Source of the DNA: a virus
Lineage: Duplodnaviria; Caudoviricetes
DNA length: 43,105 nt
IMG/VR virus record: IMGVR_UViG_3300037515_000245
Span: 1-43,105 of that record
Direction: 5' to 3' (one strand)
Shown here one piece after another: positions 1 through 6,959 of this stretch. Position 1 is the stretch's first letter; each line of letters begins with the position of its first letter. The position numbers and the translations under genes are program-made. The notes below the pieces were generated by a model. That model searched no databases, was not told the origin of the DNA, and saw only the letters and a program-made list of their open reading frames with translations.

Positions 1-127
1 TTTTTTTTTTTAAGAAAGTAGGGCTGGCGAAAGTATGGCTCATCGCAGCCGGAAAGGTATGTCGATTTCGGGTTTTTGTAGATACCCCGACGACCCCAAC
101 GCCTTATCGAGCAATAACGATTGGATA
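1..127. repeat. Terminal direct repeat copy 1 (probable assembly overlap; circular contig)
   Basis: Identical to 42979-43105; 127 nt is a common maximum assembler k-mer. Confidence 0.9.
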
Positions 128-163
128 CCCCACATACCCCCACGGTCCGACTCCACGCCACCC

Positions 164-192
164 TTGCGCCATACCCCGGAATGTGGTAATAT
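164..192 (+). promoter_or_regulatory. Sigma70-like early promoter
   Basis: TTGCGC-17 bp-TAATAT with extended TG; followed by hairpin TAACGGGGGA/TCCCCCGTTA (198-223) and RBS of first early gene. Confidence 0.55.
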
Positions 193-241
193 GGCGGTAA
201 CGGGGGAGCTATGTCCCCCGTTATAACATGGAGTAAATACG

Positions 242-484
242 ATGAAAGTTATCGTTTCTCAGCCTTTCGCCCCCGAAGTTTCGTTCGACTGCTTCGACGG
301 GTGGCGCGCGGACCAGATGCAACAGCGGGTGACGCGCGTTCTTACTGTTTGGTCGAACATCACCGGCCTGAATTGGCGCAACGTGGTGACTGAGGCGACG
401 AATGGCGAAGATGAGATGATCGTGGTGGAAAGCCCCATCGCCAACCGCCCAGACGTGACGATGACGTGGAAGGCGCCGAAATGA
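242..484 (+). CDS. Hypothetical early protein
   Basis: 80-aa ORF, GGAG RBS, stop overlaps next ATG. Confidence 0.7.
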   Translation: MKVIVSQPFAPEVSFDCFDGWRADQMQQRVTRVLTVWSNITGLNWRNVVTEATNGEDEMIVVESPIANRPDVTMTWKAPK

Positions 485-636
485 AACTGGAATTGATCGG
501 GCGAGTCGTTCGTCCCCTCGGCACTTGCGGATGGTCGCCGAAAGCCTGGCAGGCGGCGTATGTCGCCAGAAACGAAACCCCCGAAACCGCCTTTCTCAGG
601 GCGAACCCCAATTGGTCAACGGAGGACCTGAAATGA
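481..636 (+). CDS. Small hypothetical protein (51 aa, MKLELIGRVV...; below ORF-track cutoff)
   Basis: ATGA overlaps with both neighbours. Confidence 0.6.
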   Translation: MKLELIGRVVRPLGTCGWSPKAWQAAYVARNETPETAFLRANPNWSTEDLK

Positions 637-821
637 CCAAAGCAACAGAAATCGAATACCTGATCGAGGCCTATCAAGGCTACCACGAAGTCAGCCGCGA
701 AAAGGCGAAGATGATGATCGCAGACGCCTCGAAGGACGAACGTCTCGAAGTGTATCTGGAATGGAACGGCATCATCGGCTGGTCCCGCCAAATCCTTTCG
801 ATCCTGGAGGCCGCCGAATGA
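633..821 (+). CDS. Hypothetical protein (MTKATEIEY...)
   Basis: GGAGG RBS before ATG 633; coupled to neighbours. Confidence 0.7.
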   Translation: MTKATEIEYLIEAYQGYHEVSREKAKMMIADASKDERLEVYLEWNGIIGWSRQILSILEAAE

Positions 822-1006
822 CCCCCAGGACCTTCGCGGACGAGATGGAAGAAATAACCGATCTGGCCGAAATCTTCGAGATCGGAACGAGGCCGGAGAA
901 GGCCAGCGTAACGAACTGGAAGCGCCGAAATGCCTACAAAACCCAGACAGAAATCCACCGCATAACGCGCGGTTACAGCCTTCCGCCCGGTTGCCACGAG
1001 CTTTGA
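818..1006 (+). CDS. Hypothetical protein (MTPRTFADE...)
   Basis: GGAGG RBS, ATGA overlap; its TGA stop overlaps stem II of hammerhead 1. Confidence 0.65.
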   Translation: MTPRTFADEMEEITDLAEIFEIGTRPEKASVTNWKRRNAYKTQTEIHRITRGYSLPPGCHEL

Positions 1007-1062
1007 CGAAACGCCTTCGGGCGTCCGGAGGATTGACATTCCTTCGCCGATGAGTCTGTCAA
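1005..1062 (+). ncRNA. Hammerhead ribozyme, type II, with pseudoknot (U4C core variant)
   Basis: GAC-GAAAC-GCC[TTCG]GGC-GTC|CGGAGGA[TTGACAT]TCCTTCG-CCGATGA-GTC-TGTCAA; stems I-III all pair, loop TTGACA pairs with 3' TGTCAA; predicted cleavage after C1025. Confidence 0.85.
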
Positions 1063-1075
1063 ATGGAGAAATACG

Positions 1076-1516
1076 ATGAAGCTGGAACTGAATAATATGC
1101 TTTTTAACCTCGAGTCGTGCGGGAAGGATACCTTCCGGCTGCATTTCGATGATGAAGATACGGAGGCGGCGGATAGGTCCGATTTGCTTGAGGCGCTGGC
1201 CGCGATGCTCGGGGCCGCGATCTTGACGACGCCTGAGTATGTCAGACCGGTCACCGTCGAGTGCACGGTTTACGCCGCTGCTCGTGCCGTAGCTGCCGCG
1301 CCAGGCTTGGCCGATCCCGCCGAGCTTTTCGCACTTTTCGGTAAAACCCTCGATGATGAAGAAATGGCGACCTTCCTGGCGCACGCTATTCAGTGGGGCG
1401 ACGTCGAAACCGAGCTTCCGAACAAGCGGCTTGCCCTCGCCGTCGCGGAGTCGTTCGGCCCCGAAATGGCCCAGCTCCTCTACCGCTTCGCCGTTCTTGT
1501 GACGAAGCTGGCGTGA
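1076..1516 (+). CDS. Hypothetical protein flanked by two hammerhead ribozymes
   Basis: 146-aa acidic, Ala/Leu-rich ORF, GGAG RBS. Confidence 0.75.
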   Translation: MKLELNNMLFNLESCGKDTFRLHFDDEDTEAADRSDLLEALAAMLGAAILTTPEYVRPVTVECTVYAAARAVAAAPGLADPAELFALFGKTLDDEEMATFLAHAIQWGDVETELPNKRLALAVAESFGPEMAQLLYRFAVLVTKLA

Positions 1517-1578
1517 CGAAACGGGCGTCCGCGCCCGTCTCGGGAATTGGGCAATACCCGACTGATGAGTCTCGCCCA
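1515..1578 (+). ncRNA. Hammerhead ribozyme, type II, with pseudoknot (canonical core)
   Basis: GAC-GAAAC-GGGCG[TCCG]CGCCC-GTC|TCGGG[AATTGGGCAATA]CCCGA-CTGATGA-GTC-TC-GCCCA; loop TGGGC pairs with 3' GCCCA; predicted cleavage after C1539. Confidence 0.93.
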
Positions 1579-1591
1579 TTTGGAGGATACG

Positions 1592-2008
1592 ATGGAACTT
1601 CATACCATACAGCTTGTTGTGGACGAATGCGCGAGTATACTTTCTGACAAGGGGTATCAAGTGTTTTCGGTCGAGTTCGATGTGGTGAACAGCCACAAAC
1701 CGCGCGGCTACTTTTCGCTCAGCGAAAACGGAAAAGGCTTTTCCGATTTCCTCACCTTCGTCGGCGACAACTACGCCGACGAAATGCTCGACTACGCTTG
1801 GCAGATGCCGTCGCCCGCCGAGAAGCAAAAGCAGCGTATCCACAAGCAGCTTCTCGCGCTTCTCGAGGCCGCCCGCGAGGCCGAAATGCCGATCGACTTT
1901 CTCAACCCCCTGACGGCGATGGCCGAGCGGCTCGCGTCGAACGCCCTCGAGGGGCCGAAAGGTTACTACACAGCGCCTGCCGAACGCGGCGACGAAATCC
2001 CCTTCTGA
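1592..2008 (+). CDS. Hypothetical protein with C-terminal DEIPF (SSB-tail-like) end
   Basis: GGAGG RBS before ATG 1592; ends ERGDEIPF. Confidence 0.75.
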   Translation: MELHTIQLVVDECASILSDKGYQVFSVEFDVVNSHKPRGYFSLSENGKGFSDFLTFVGDNYADEMLDYAWQMPSPAEKQKQRIHKQLLALLEAAREAEMPIDFLNPLTAMAERLASNALEGPKGYYTAPAERGDEIPF

Positions 2009-2017
2009 GGAATAACC

Positions 2018-2224
2018 ATGACCGACGCCGAACTCAAACTTCTGCAGGGGGCGCTTCGGCGCCCCATCATGCAGTTCGAAAACGCCACCGATGCCGCGAT
2101 CAGCATCTCGATCGCCATCGCGGACTCACGCGGGAACTTCAACCGCGCAGCCTTTCTGATAGGCTGCGGGTTTGACCCCAGAAGCAAAGCCGTTCTGGCG
2201 GCGCGCGAAGAGAAGAGGTTGTAG
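2018..2224 (+). CDS. Hypothetical protein
   Basis: 68 aa, GAGG RBS. Confidence 0.65.
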   Translation: MTDAELKLLQGALRRPIMQFENATDAAISISIAIADSRGNFNRAAFLIGCGFDPRSKAVLAAREEKRL

Positions 2225-2590
2225 ATGGGCAATACGAAAAACTACCCGAAAATCCAGACGAGGTTCTTTACGCTGCAGGTGAAGTTAATCTACAACACCA
2301 GCTGGGAACAAGAAGCTTGCCATCATTGCGGCTATGTCAGTTTTCCCCGCGCCCTTCTGCCGTATCTGAAGATTGATGAAATCAATTGCCATGGCGGCGT
2401 GACATTCGACGAAGCGGGCAAAGAAAATCCCCCACTTCACACTATCGGTTTCGATTGCGCACATTCGCAAGACAGCCGAACCCCTGGCGATCTCAGCTGG
2501 AAAGACTACTTCTACGCAGAGGCAGAATGCCGCAGCATCGCCCAACAACTCTGGGAACAGATCGACAATTACGGAGCCGAAAATGCTTAA
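2225..2590 (+). CDS. Hypothetical phage protein (CGYV...HGGVTF...IGFDCAH motifs)
   Basis: Motif pattern familiar from a widespread small phage protein family. Confidence 0.75.
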   Translation: MGNTKNYPKIQTRFFTLQVKLIYNTSWEQEACHHCGYVSFPRALLPYLKIDEINCHGGVTFDEAGKENPPLHTIGFDCAHSQDSRTPGDLSWKDYFYAEAECRSIAQQLWEQIDNYGAENA

Positions 2591-2897
2591 CTGGAAAACC
2601 CGCAACCCCGAAGCCCTCGGCCTGATCCCGCTCTTTCTCTCCGAGAACGATCCGCGCCCCGCGAAAGAACAGCTTCACGAAAACTATCTTCATGGGGGCG
2701 GCTGGCGCCCGTTCGAGGGATTTATTCTCGGTTTCTTCAACCTATCTGGCGCCGCATTTCTCGACTACCCCGGTGATCTACCAATGCGCGAGGTTGGCCG
2801 CGCCGAGCTCCGTTCCGAGCTTATCATCGTATTCGAGTGCAGTTGGGTCTGCATCGTTCAGCCCGACGATACTTATGAAATCGCGAGGATGGATTGA
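2583..2897 (+). CDS. Hypothetical protein
   Basis: 104 aa, overlapping neighbours, GGAG RBS. Confidence 0.7.
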   Translation: MLNWKTRNPEALGLIPLFLSENDPRPAKEQLHENYLHGGGWRPFEGFILGFFNLSGAAFLDYPGDLPMREVGRAELRSELIIVFECSWVCIVQPDDTYEIARMD

Positions 2898-3211
2898 TGA
2901 AAAAATCCCTAGCAACTACGCGGCCAATCAGCTCGCCCTACGCGACCTTCTTCGTCGGCTCGTGGGAGTATCGGGTGCTGAAAACCTACCAAACCCCCGA
3001 GAATGAGGCGAAGAATAAATACGCCCGCTGGTTCGTCGCCGCGAAATCCCCCATGACTGGCGGGGCTTTCGACATAGGCGACAGCTACATAGCCGATTTG
3101 CTTCCAGTCGCCCGTTTCACGCAGATTTCTTACGAGTTCCGGCAAATCTACGCCGCCTTCATCGACACGCCAGCGGAGTCGTCCGGCGCGCCAGCGGAGT
3201 CAGGAGAATGA
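2894..3211 (+). CDS. Hypothetical phage protein (WEYRVLKTYQ...YARWFVAAKSP)
   Basis: ORF in operon order; start may be ATG 2897. Confidence 0.75.
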   Translation: MMKKSLATTRPISSPYATFFVGSWEYRVLKTYQTPENEAKNKYARWFVAAKSPMTGGAFDIGDSYIADLLPVARFTQISYEFRQIYAAFIDTPAESSGAPAESGE

Positions 3212-3384
3212 AGAGAGTGAGCATAAAGCTGGTTTTGCAGGCCGCCGCACTCGCTGAGGATGATGCGGGCGAGGTTATGTTCATCGCTTTCGCATGGGTT
3301 ACGCAGAAGATGCCTGAGGAAGATATTTTAGAGGTTCTTCGCGCCATACGGAAGAAACTATCACAAAAGAAGACCATACAATGA
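3208..3384 (+). CDS. Small hypothetical protein (58 aa, MKRVSIKL...)
   Basis: ATGA overlaps at both ends, AGGAG RBS. Confidence 0.6.
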   Translation: MKRVSIKLVLQAAALAEDDAGEVMFIAFAWVTQKMPEEDILEVLRAIRKKLSQKKTIQ

Positions 3385-3629
3385 GCGCGCGTTACATCTA
3401 CGACAACGGAGATTTCGTCATTCACTTCTCCGCCGAAACGCGGAAAAACGATTCCGGCGTTTCCGGCTCGCCCGTCTGGGATGAAATAGGGGAAATCACC
3501 GTAGTTTTCTTCCAGGTCCGCGGAACGGAGTTTGATGTTACTACCTTGCCGAAAGAGCTGAGCGGGGCACTGGTGGGGCTGGCGGAGATGCTGGAGGGCG
3601 ACGAATGGGCGATAGAGGAGGATGAATGA
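3381..3629 (+). CDS. Hypothetical acidic protein
   Basis: 82 aa, coupled. Confidence 0.65.
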   Translation: MSARYIYDNGDFVIHFSAETRKNDSGVSGSPVWDEIGEITVVFFQVRGTEFDVTTLPKELSGALVGLAEMLEGDEWAIEEDE

Positions 3630-3715
3630 TGTTTGAGGCAGGCAAGACCTACCCAATAATGACCGAACCACGTTATTGCGCGGCGGCAATGTCGTCAAGG
3701 CACAGGAGGACGATC

Positions 3716-4030
3716 ATGAATTACCCGCAAGACGATGACACATTCGAGGGTGATTTCAAAATCACGCTGGAACTGTGGGAACTGAACGAAGCCCTCGGCG
3801 AATGCGATTTCACCGGCGACGATGGCGGCATGGTGCATCTGAATAGCGTCAAGATCGGAAACCACACGTTCACCGCATCCGAGTGCGCCGAATGGTGGGG
3901 GCAAGCCGAAGTGGACCGGCTGACCGCCGCCGCGCAGGAATGGTGGGAACAGCAAGGCATGGATCAAGCGGCGCGTGACTATGCAGATGCCTGCGCCGAT
4001 GACATGCGCGATGCAAGAATGGAGTATTGA
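3716..4030 (+). CDS. Hypothetical acidic protein (MNYPQDD...; frame open from 3626)
   Basis: AGGAGG RBS before ATG 3716. Confidence 0.65.
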   Translation: MNYPQDDDTFEGDFKITLELWELNEALGECDFTGDDGGMVHLNSVKIGNHTFTASECAEWWGQAEVDRLTAAAQEWWEQQGMDQAARDYADACADDMRDARMEY

Positions 4031-4272
4031 TCATGACCGAACCACGTTATCTCGCAGGCCGCAGTGCCGCTGAACGTCAGTGGATCGAGGATGAAACCAA
4101 CCTCGCAAATCGCGGCCCGGCTGACAATGCCCGCGCAACGCAGGCGTTCGATGATCTGGTGCCGCAGGATGAATTGGACCGTTCCGCCGAGATGCTTGGC
4201 GTCGTCCTGATCGGGCTGGTGCTGGCGGTGATTGTCGGCGGCGGGCTGTTGCTGTGGGGGCTGCTGACATGA
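4027..4272 (+). CDS. Small membrane protein with C-terminal TM helix
   Basis: MLGVVLIGLVLAVIVGGGLLLWGLL hydrophobic stretch. Confidence 0.65.
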   Translation: MIMTEPRYLAGRSAAERQWIEDETNLANRGPADNARATQAFDDLVPQDELDRSAEMLGVVLIGLVLAVIVGGGLLLWGLLT

Positions 4273-4445
4273 CCCCACGCATCCAGATCGTCCAGCCCAC
4301 CGCAACGCAGCGTGAGCGCGTCGCCCGCGAGGATGCCCGCATCATGCTGGCAGTCGAACTGAGGGCGATGCTTCGGCCACATTGCGTCGCAGTAACGCTG
4401 CGGATGGAAAAGCTGGCGGAAATTATCGCAGCATTGGAGGAATGA
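4269..4445 (+). CDS. Hypothetical protein
   Basis: ATGA overlap with upstream gene. Confidence 0.55.
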   Translation: MTPRIQIVQPTATQRERVAREDARIMLAVELRAMLRPHCVAVTLRMEKLAEIIAALEE

Positions 4446-4447
4446 AC

Positions 4448-4630
4448 ATGAGCAAAGATCAAATGCGCAACCCGGAATACCTCGGCGATGGCGTCTATGT
4501 CGGCCACGATGGCTATCAGCTTTGGCTGAGCGTGGGCGACCACGAGCACCCGAGCATCGCACTGGATGCGGCGGTGATGGCCGGGTTGATCAGATATTTT
4601 CAACGAAATCGTGACACGCTGGAGGAATGA
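4448..4630 (+). CDS. Hypothetical phage protein (YLGDGVYVGHDGYQLWL)
   Basis: GGAGG RBS; motif typical of a small phage protein family. Confidence 0.7.
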   Translation: MSKDQMRNPEYLGDGVYVGHDGYQLWLSVGDHEHPSIALDAAVMAGLIRYFQRNRDTLEE

Positions 4631-4721
4631 ACATGACCATTGACACAAAGACACGGCTTGCCTCAGAGCTTCGCAAGGTCGCTGTGAAAAGCCGACCGGG
4701 CCGCCCTGAAAGGAGAGAAGC

Positions 4722-5051
4722 ATGAGTGACTCGACACGGCTTCGCAGACAAGTTGAGGGCCTTGAAAAATATGGCGCTATTCAACTTGGCGACGGGGATA
4801 ATCTGCCGGATGCGCTAGAATTAGCCAAAGCTGTGCTTTCCCTCGCCGCCGAGCGTGACGCGCTGCGGGCTGAGAATGGGCGGTTGCGGGACGCAACCCC
4901 TTATGTGTTGCCGATGCCGTCCGGTCATTATGGGGTCTGCATTGGCGGGCGGTGGGATGGTTGGCTGATGCGTCGCCACCCGGATGGGCAGTGGGTTACT
5001 GACTGCAAGCTGGAACGGAGAAGCCCCTCGGAAGGAGCTGAACATGAATAA
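4722..5051 (+). CDS. Hypothetical protein
   Basis: 109 aa, AGGAG RBS. Confidence 0.65.
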   Translation: MSDSTRLRRQVEGLEKYGAIQLGDGDNLPDALELAKAVLSLAAERDALRAENGRLRDATPYVLPMPSGHYGVCIGGRWDGWLMRRHPDGQWVTDCKLERRSPSEGAEHE

Positions 5052-5280
5052 CGCACCGCTGAACGCCGGAATGTTCGTAAATATGAAAGACTACGCCGAA
5101 GCCCTGACCGCCCGCGTAGCGGGGTTGGAAGCCGAAGTGCGGCGGTTGTATGGACTGGACAATGAAGAAAGGATGGATGCTTACCAATCGCTACTTGAGG
5201 ACTTTATCACAGTAAACGCTCGCGCTGAAGCCGCCGAGGCCGCGCTCGCCTTGGCGCGAGAAAGGCGGGCCAAGCCGTGA
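5044..5280 (+). CDS. Hypothetical coiled-coil protein
   Basis: AGGAG RBS before ATG 5044. Confidence 0.6.
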   Translation: MNNAPLNAGMFVNMKDYAEALTARVAGLEAEVRRLYGLDNEERMDAYQSLLEDFITVNARAEAAEAALALARERRAKP

Positions 5281-5546
5281 AACACGACCTCCCTACTGGC
5301 GTAACCTGTCCCGTCTGCGGCAGTCTCAAAAGCCGCGTAGTAGATACGCGCGGCCACCTCCTTCCCTCCAACGAGCAAATTACTTGGCGGCGCCGCCGTT
5401 GCCACAACAGCCATTTCTTCACCACTTACGAGCATTCCGCTGAAATGCTGCGCGAGGAAGAGGCGGCTATCTTTTTTCCGACCATGCGAGATGCTCGTGT
5501 AGTTATTGCGGGAAAAATCTTCACCCTAACGGAGTCCGAAACATGA
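5277..5546 (+). CDS. NrdR-like Zn-ribbon protein (no ATP cone)
   Basis: CPVC-x5-RVVDTR...RRRRC-x3-HFFTTYE matches the NrdR N-terminal domain pattern. Confidence 0.75.
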   Translation: MKHDLPTGVTCPVCGSLKSRVVDTRGHLLPSNEQITWRRRRCHNSHFFTTYEHSAEMLREEEAAIFFPTMRDARVVIAGKIFTLTESET

Positions 5547-6487
5547 CCTTCCGCCCGAACCTCGCAGCCAAGCTCAAGCCCGGCCAGACTTACGAGAAAG
5601 AACTCGCGAAACTTCCCCTTTCTGAGGGCTTCCTCGTTTCGCCGAAACTCGACGGCATCCGCTGCATCATGCACCCGAAGCTCGGTCCCATCACACGCTC
5701 GGGGAAACAAATCCCGAACCGAGCCCTGCACCATTTCTTCCTCGACAACTTCTCTTTCGTCAGCGGCTTCGACGGAGAATTCGTCTGGGGCGACCACGAG
5801 TCCCCCGACTACTCCTTCCAAAAGACCTTCTCGAAATTCTCGACGGAGGACGATGCTGATATATCACAAATGTGCTATCACGTTTTTGACGATATAACTG
5901 ATCAGAATAAAAAGTTCTTAGAGCGGGCATTTCGATATACGCAACGTATTACTGAAATGATACACGGGCAGGGTCCACAACTCCTGACAGTTCCACAAAC
6001 CAGCGTCTACTCCATCACCAATGTTCTCGCAATAGAATCTTACGATCTTTCCCAGAACTACGAGGGCGTAATGCTCCGCCACCCTTCTCGCCCTTACAAA
6101 ATGGGCCGATCGACCTGGAAAGAGGCTGGTCTGATAGCCCTCAAACGAACCCTCGACGCTGAGGCCGAAATCATCGGCGTCGAAGAACTCTTCCACAACG
6201 ACAACGAACAGACGACGAATGAGCTCGGCTACGCCGCCCGCTCCTCCCATCAGGCGAATAAAACGCCCGCTGGCACACTCGGCGCCCTGCTCGTCAGCGG
6301 AGTCAGCGACTCCCCCTTCGCGGGCATTGAGTTTAAGATCGGGGGCGGATTTACCGACTCCCAGCGAAAAGACCTCTGGCTTCGTCAGCGGAGTCTGCCG
6401 GGCCAAATTGTCACTTTCAAGTATCAGCCGGTCGGCGTGAAAGAAAAACCTCGCGCGCCGATCTTCAAATCCTTCCGCAACGATTAA
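5543..6487 (+). CDS. ATP-dependent DNA ligase
   Basis: Motif I PKLDGIRC, III FDGEF, IIIa YHVFD, IV YEGVML, V LIALK, OB-fold FKIGGGFT...PRAPIF. Confidence 0.95.
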   Translation: MTFRPNLAAKLKPGQTYEKELAKLPLSEGFLVSPKLDGIRCIMHPKLGPITRSGKQIPNRALHHFFLDNFSFVSGFDGEFVWGDHESPDYSFQKTFSKFSTEDDADISQMCYHVFDDITDQNKKFLERAFRYTQRITEMIHGQGPQLLTVPQTSVYSITNVLAIESYDLSQNYEGVMLRHPSRPYKMGRSTWKEAGLIALKRTLDAEAEIIGVEELFHNDNEQTTNELGYAARSSHQANKTPAGTLGALLVSGVSDSPFAGIEFKIGGGFTDSQRKDLWLRQRSLPGQIVTFKYQPVGVKEKPRAPIFKSFRND

Positions 6488-6496
6488 GGAAACAAC

Positions 6497-6871
6497 ATGC
6501 CCCCCTCGAAAAAAGCCTTCAGCCCCGCCGCCTACAGCGACGTGAAATATGTCATGGACACAGCCTTGACTATCCCCGGCTTGCAATACGTCTGCGAAAC
6601 CTCCGGCAAAGCCACGCACTTCAAACAGCGGTGCAATACCTACCGGAACCTCCTCCGCGAGATGGCGCAAGAGATGGTCCTTAACGTCCCAGGTCACCGC
6701 GCCGAAACGGCCTACGACATTCTCGTAATTTCGCAAGTCAATGCCAACTTCCTCCCCGACCGCCACGGCGCCGTGCTGCTTTTCAAGCATCAGGAGCCCC
6801 TCGGAAAACTCATCAACCCCCAAACAGGCGAGGAAATCTTCCCCGAGACCCCCTCGATTTTGGGGGATTAA
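6497..6871 (+). CDS. Hypothetical protein
   Basis: 124 aa, AGGA RBS. Confidence 0.75.
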   Translation: MPPSKKAFSPAAYSDVKYVMDTALTIPGLQYVCETSGKATHFKQRCNTYRNLLREMAQEMVLNVPGHRAETAYDILVISQVNANFLPDRHGAVLLFKHQEPLGKLINPQTGEEIFPETPSILGD

Positions 6872-6884
6872 CTCGACAAGCGGC

Positions 6885-6913
6885 TTGACAATGACCGGGC
6901 GGCGCCGTATAAT
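6885..6913 (+). promoter_or_regulatory. Consensus sigma70 promoter
   Basis: TTGACA-17 bp-TATAAT upstream of helicase; 10-bp inverted repeat around the -10. Confidence 0.85.
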
Positions 6914-6959
6914 CGCCCGGTCAACTACCCCCAGGGTATCAATTCACGAGAGGCCAGAA

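Noticed and set aside
1-127. Biological terminal repeat
   Set aside because: Exactly 127 nt and begins inside a homopolymer, typical of k-mer overlap; the terminase type suggests headful packaging
1033-1062. Promoter at TTGACA 1033
   Set aside because: No -10 at 16-18 bp; the hexamer is explained as the ribozyme pseudoknot loop
680-1843. 387-aa minus-strand ORF
   Set aside because: Antisense shadow of several + strand genes with good RBSs; no motifs
5918-6823. 301-aa minus-strand ORF and similar long antisense ORFs (7479-8294, 10295-11059, 17387-18235)
   Set aside because: Overlap well-supported genes on the opposite strand; expected in GC-rich DNA
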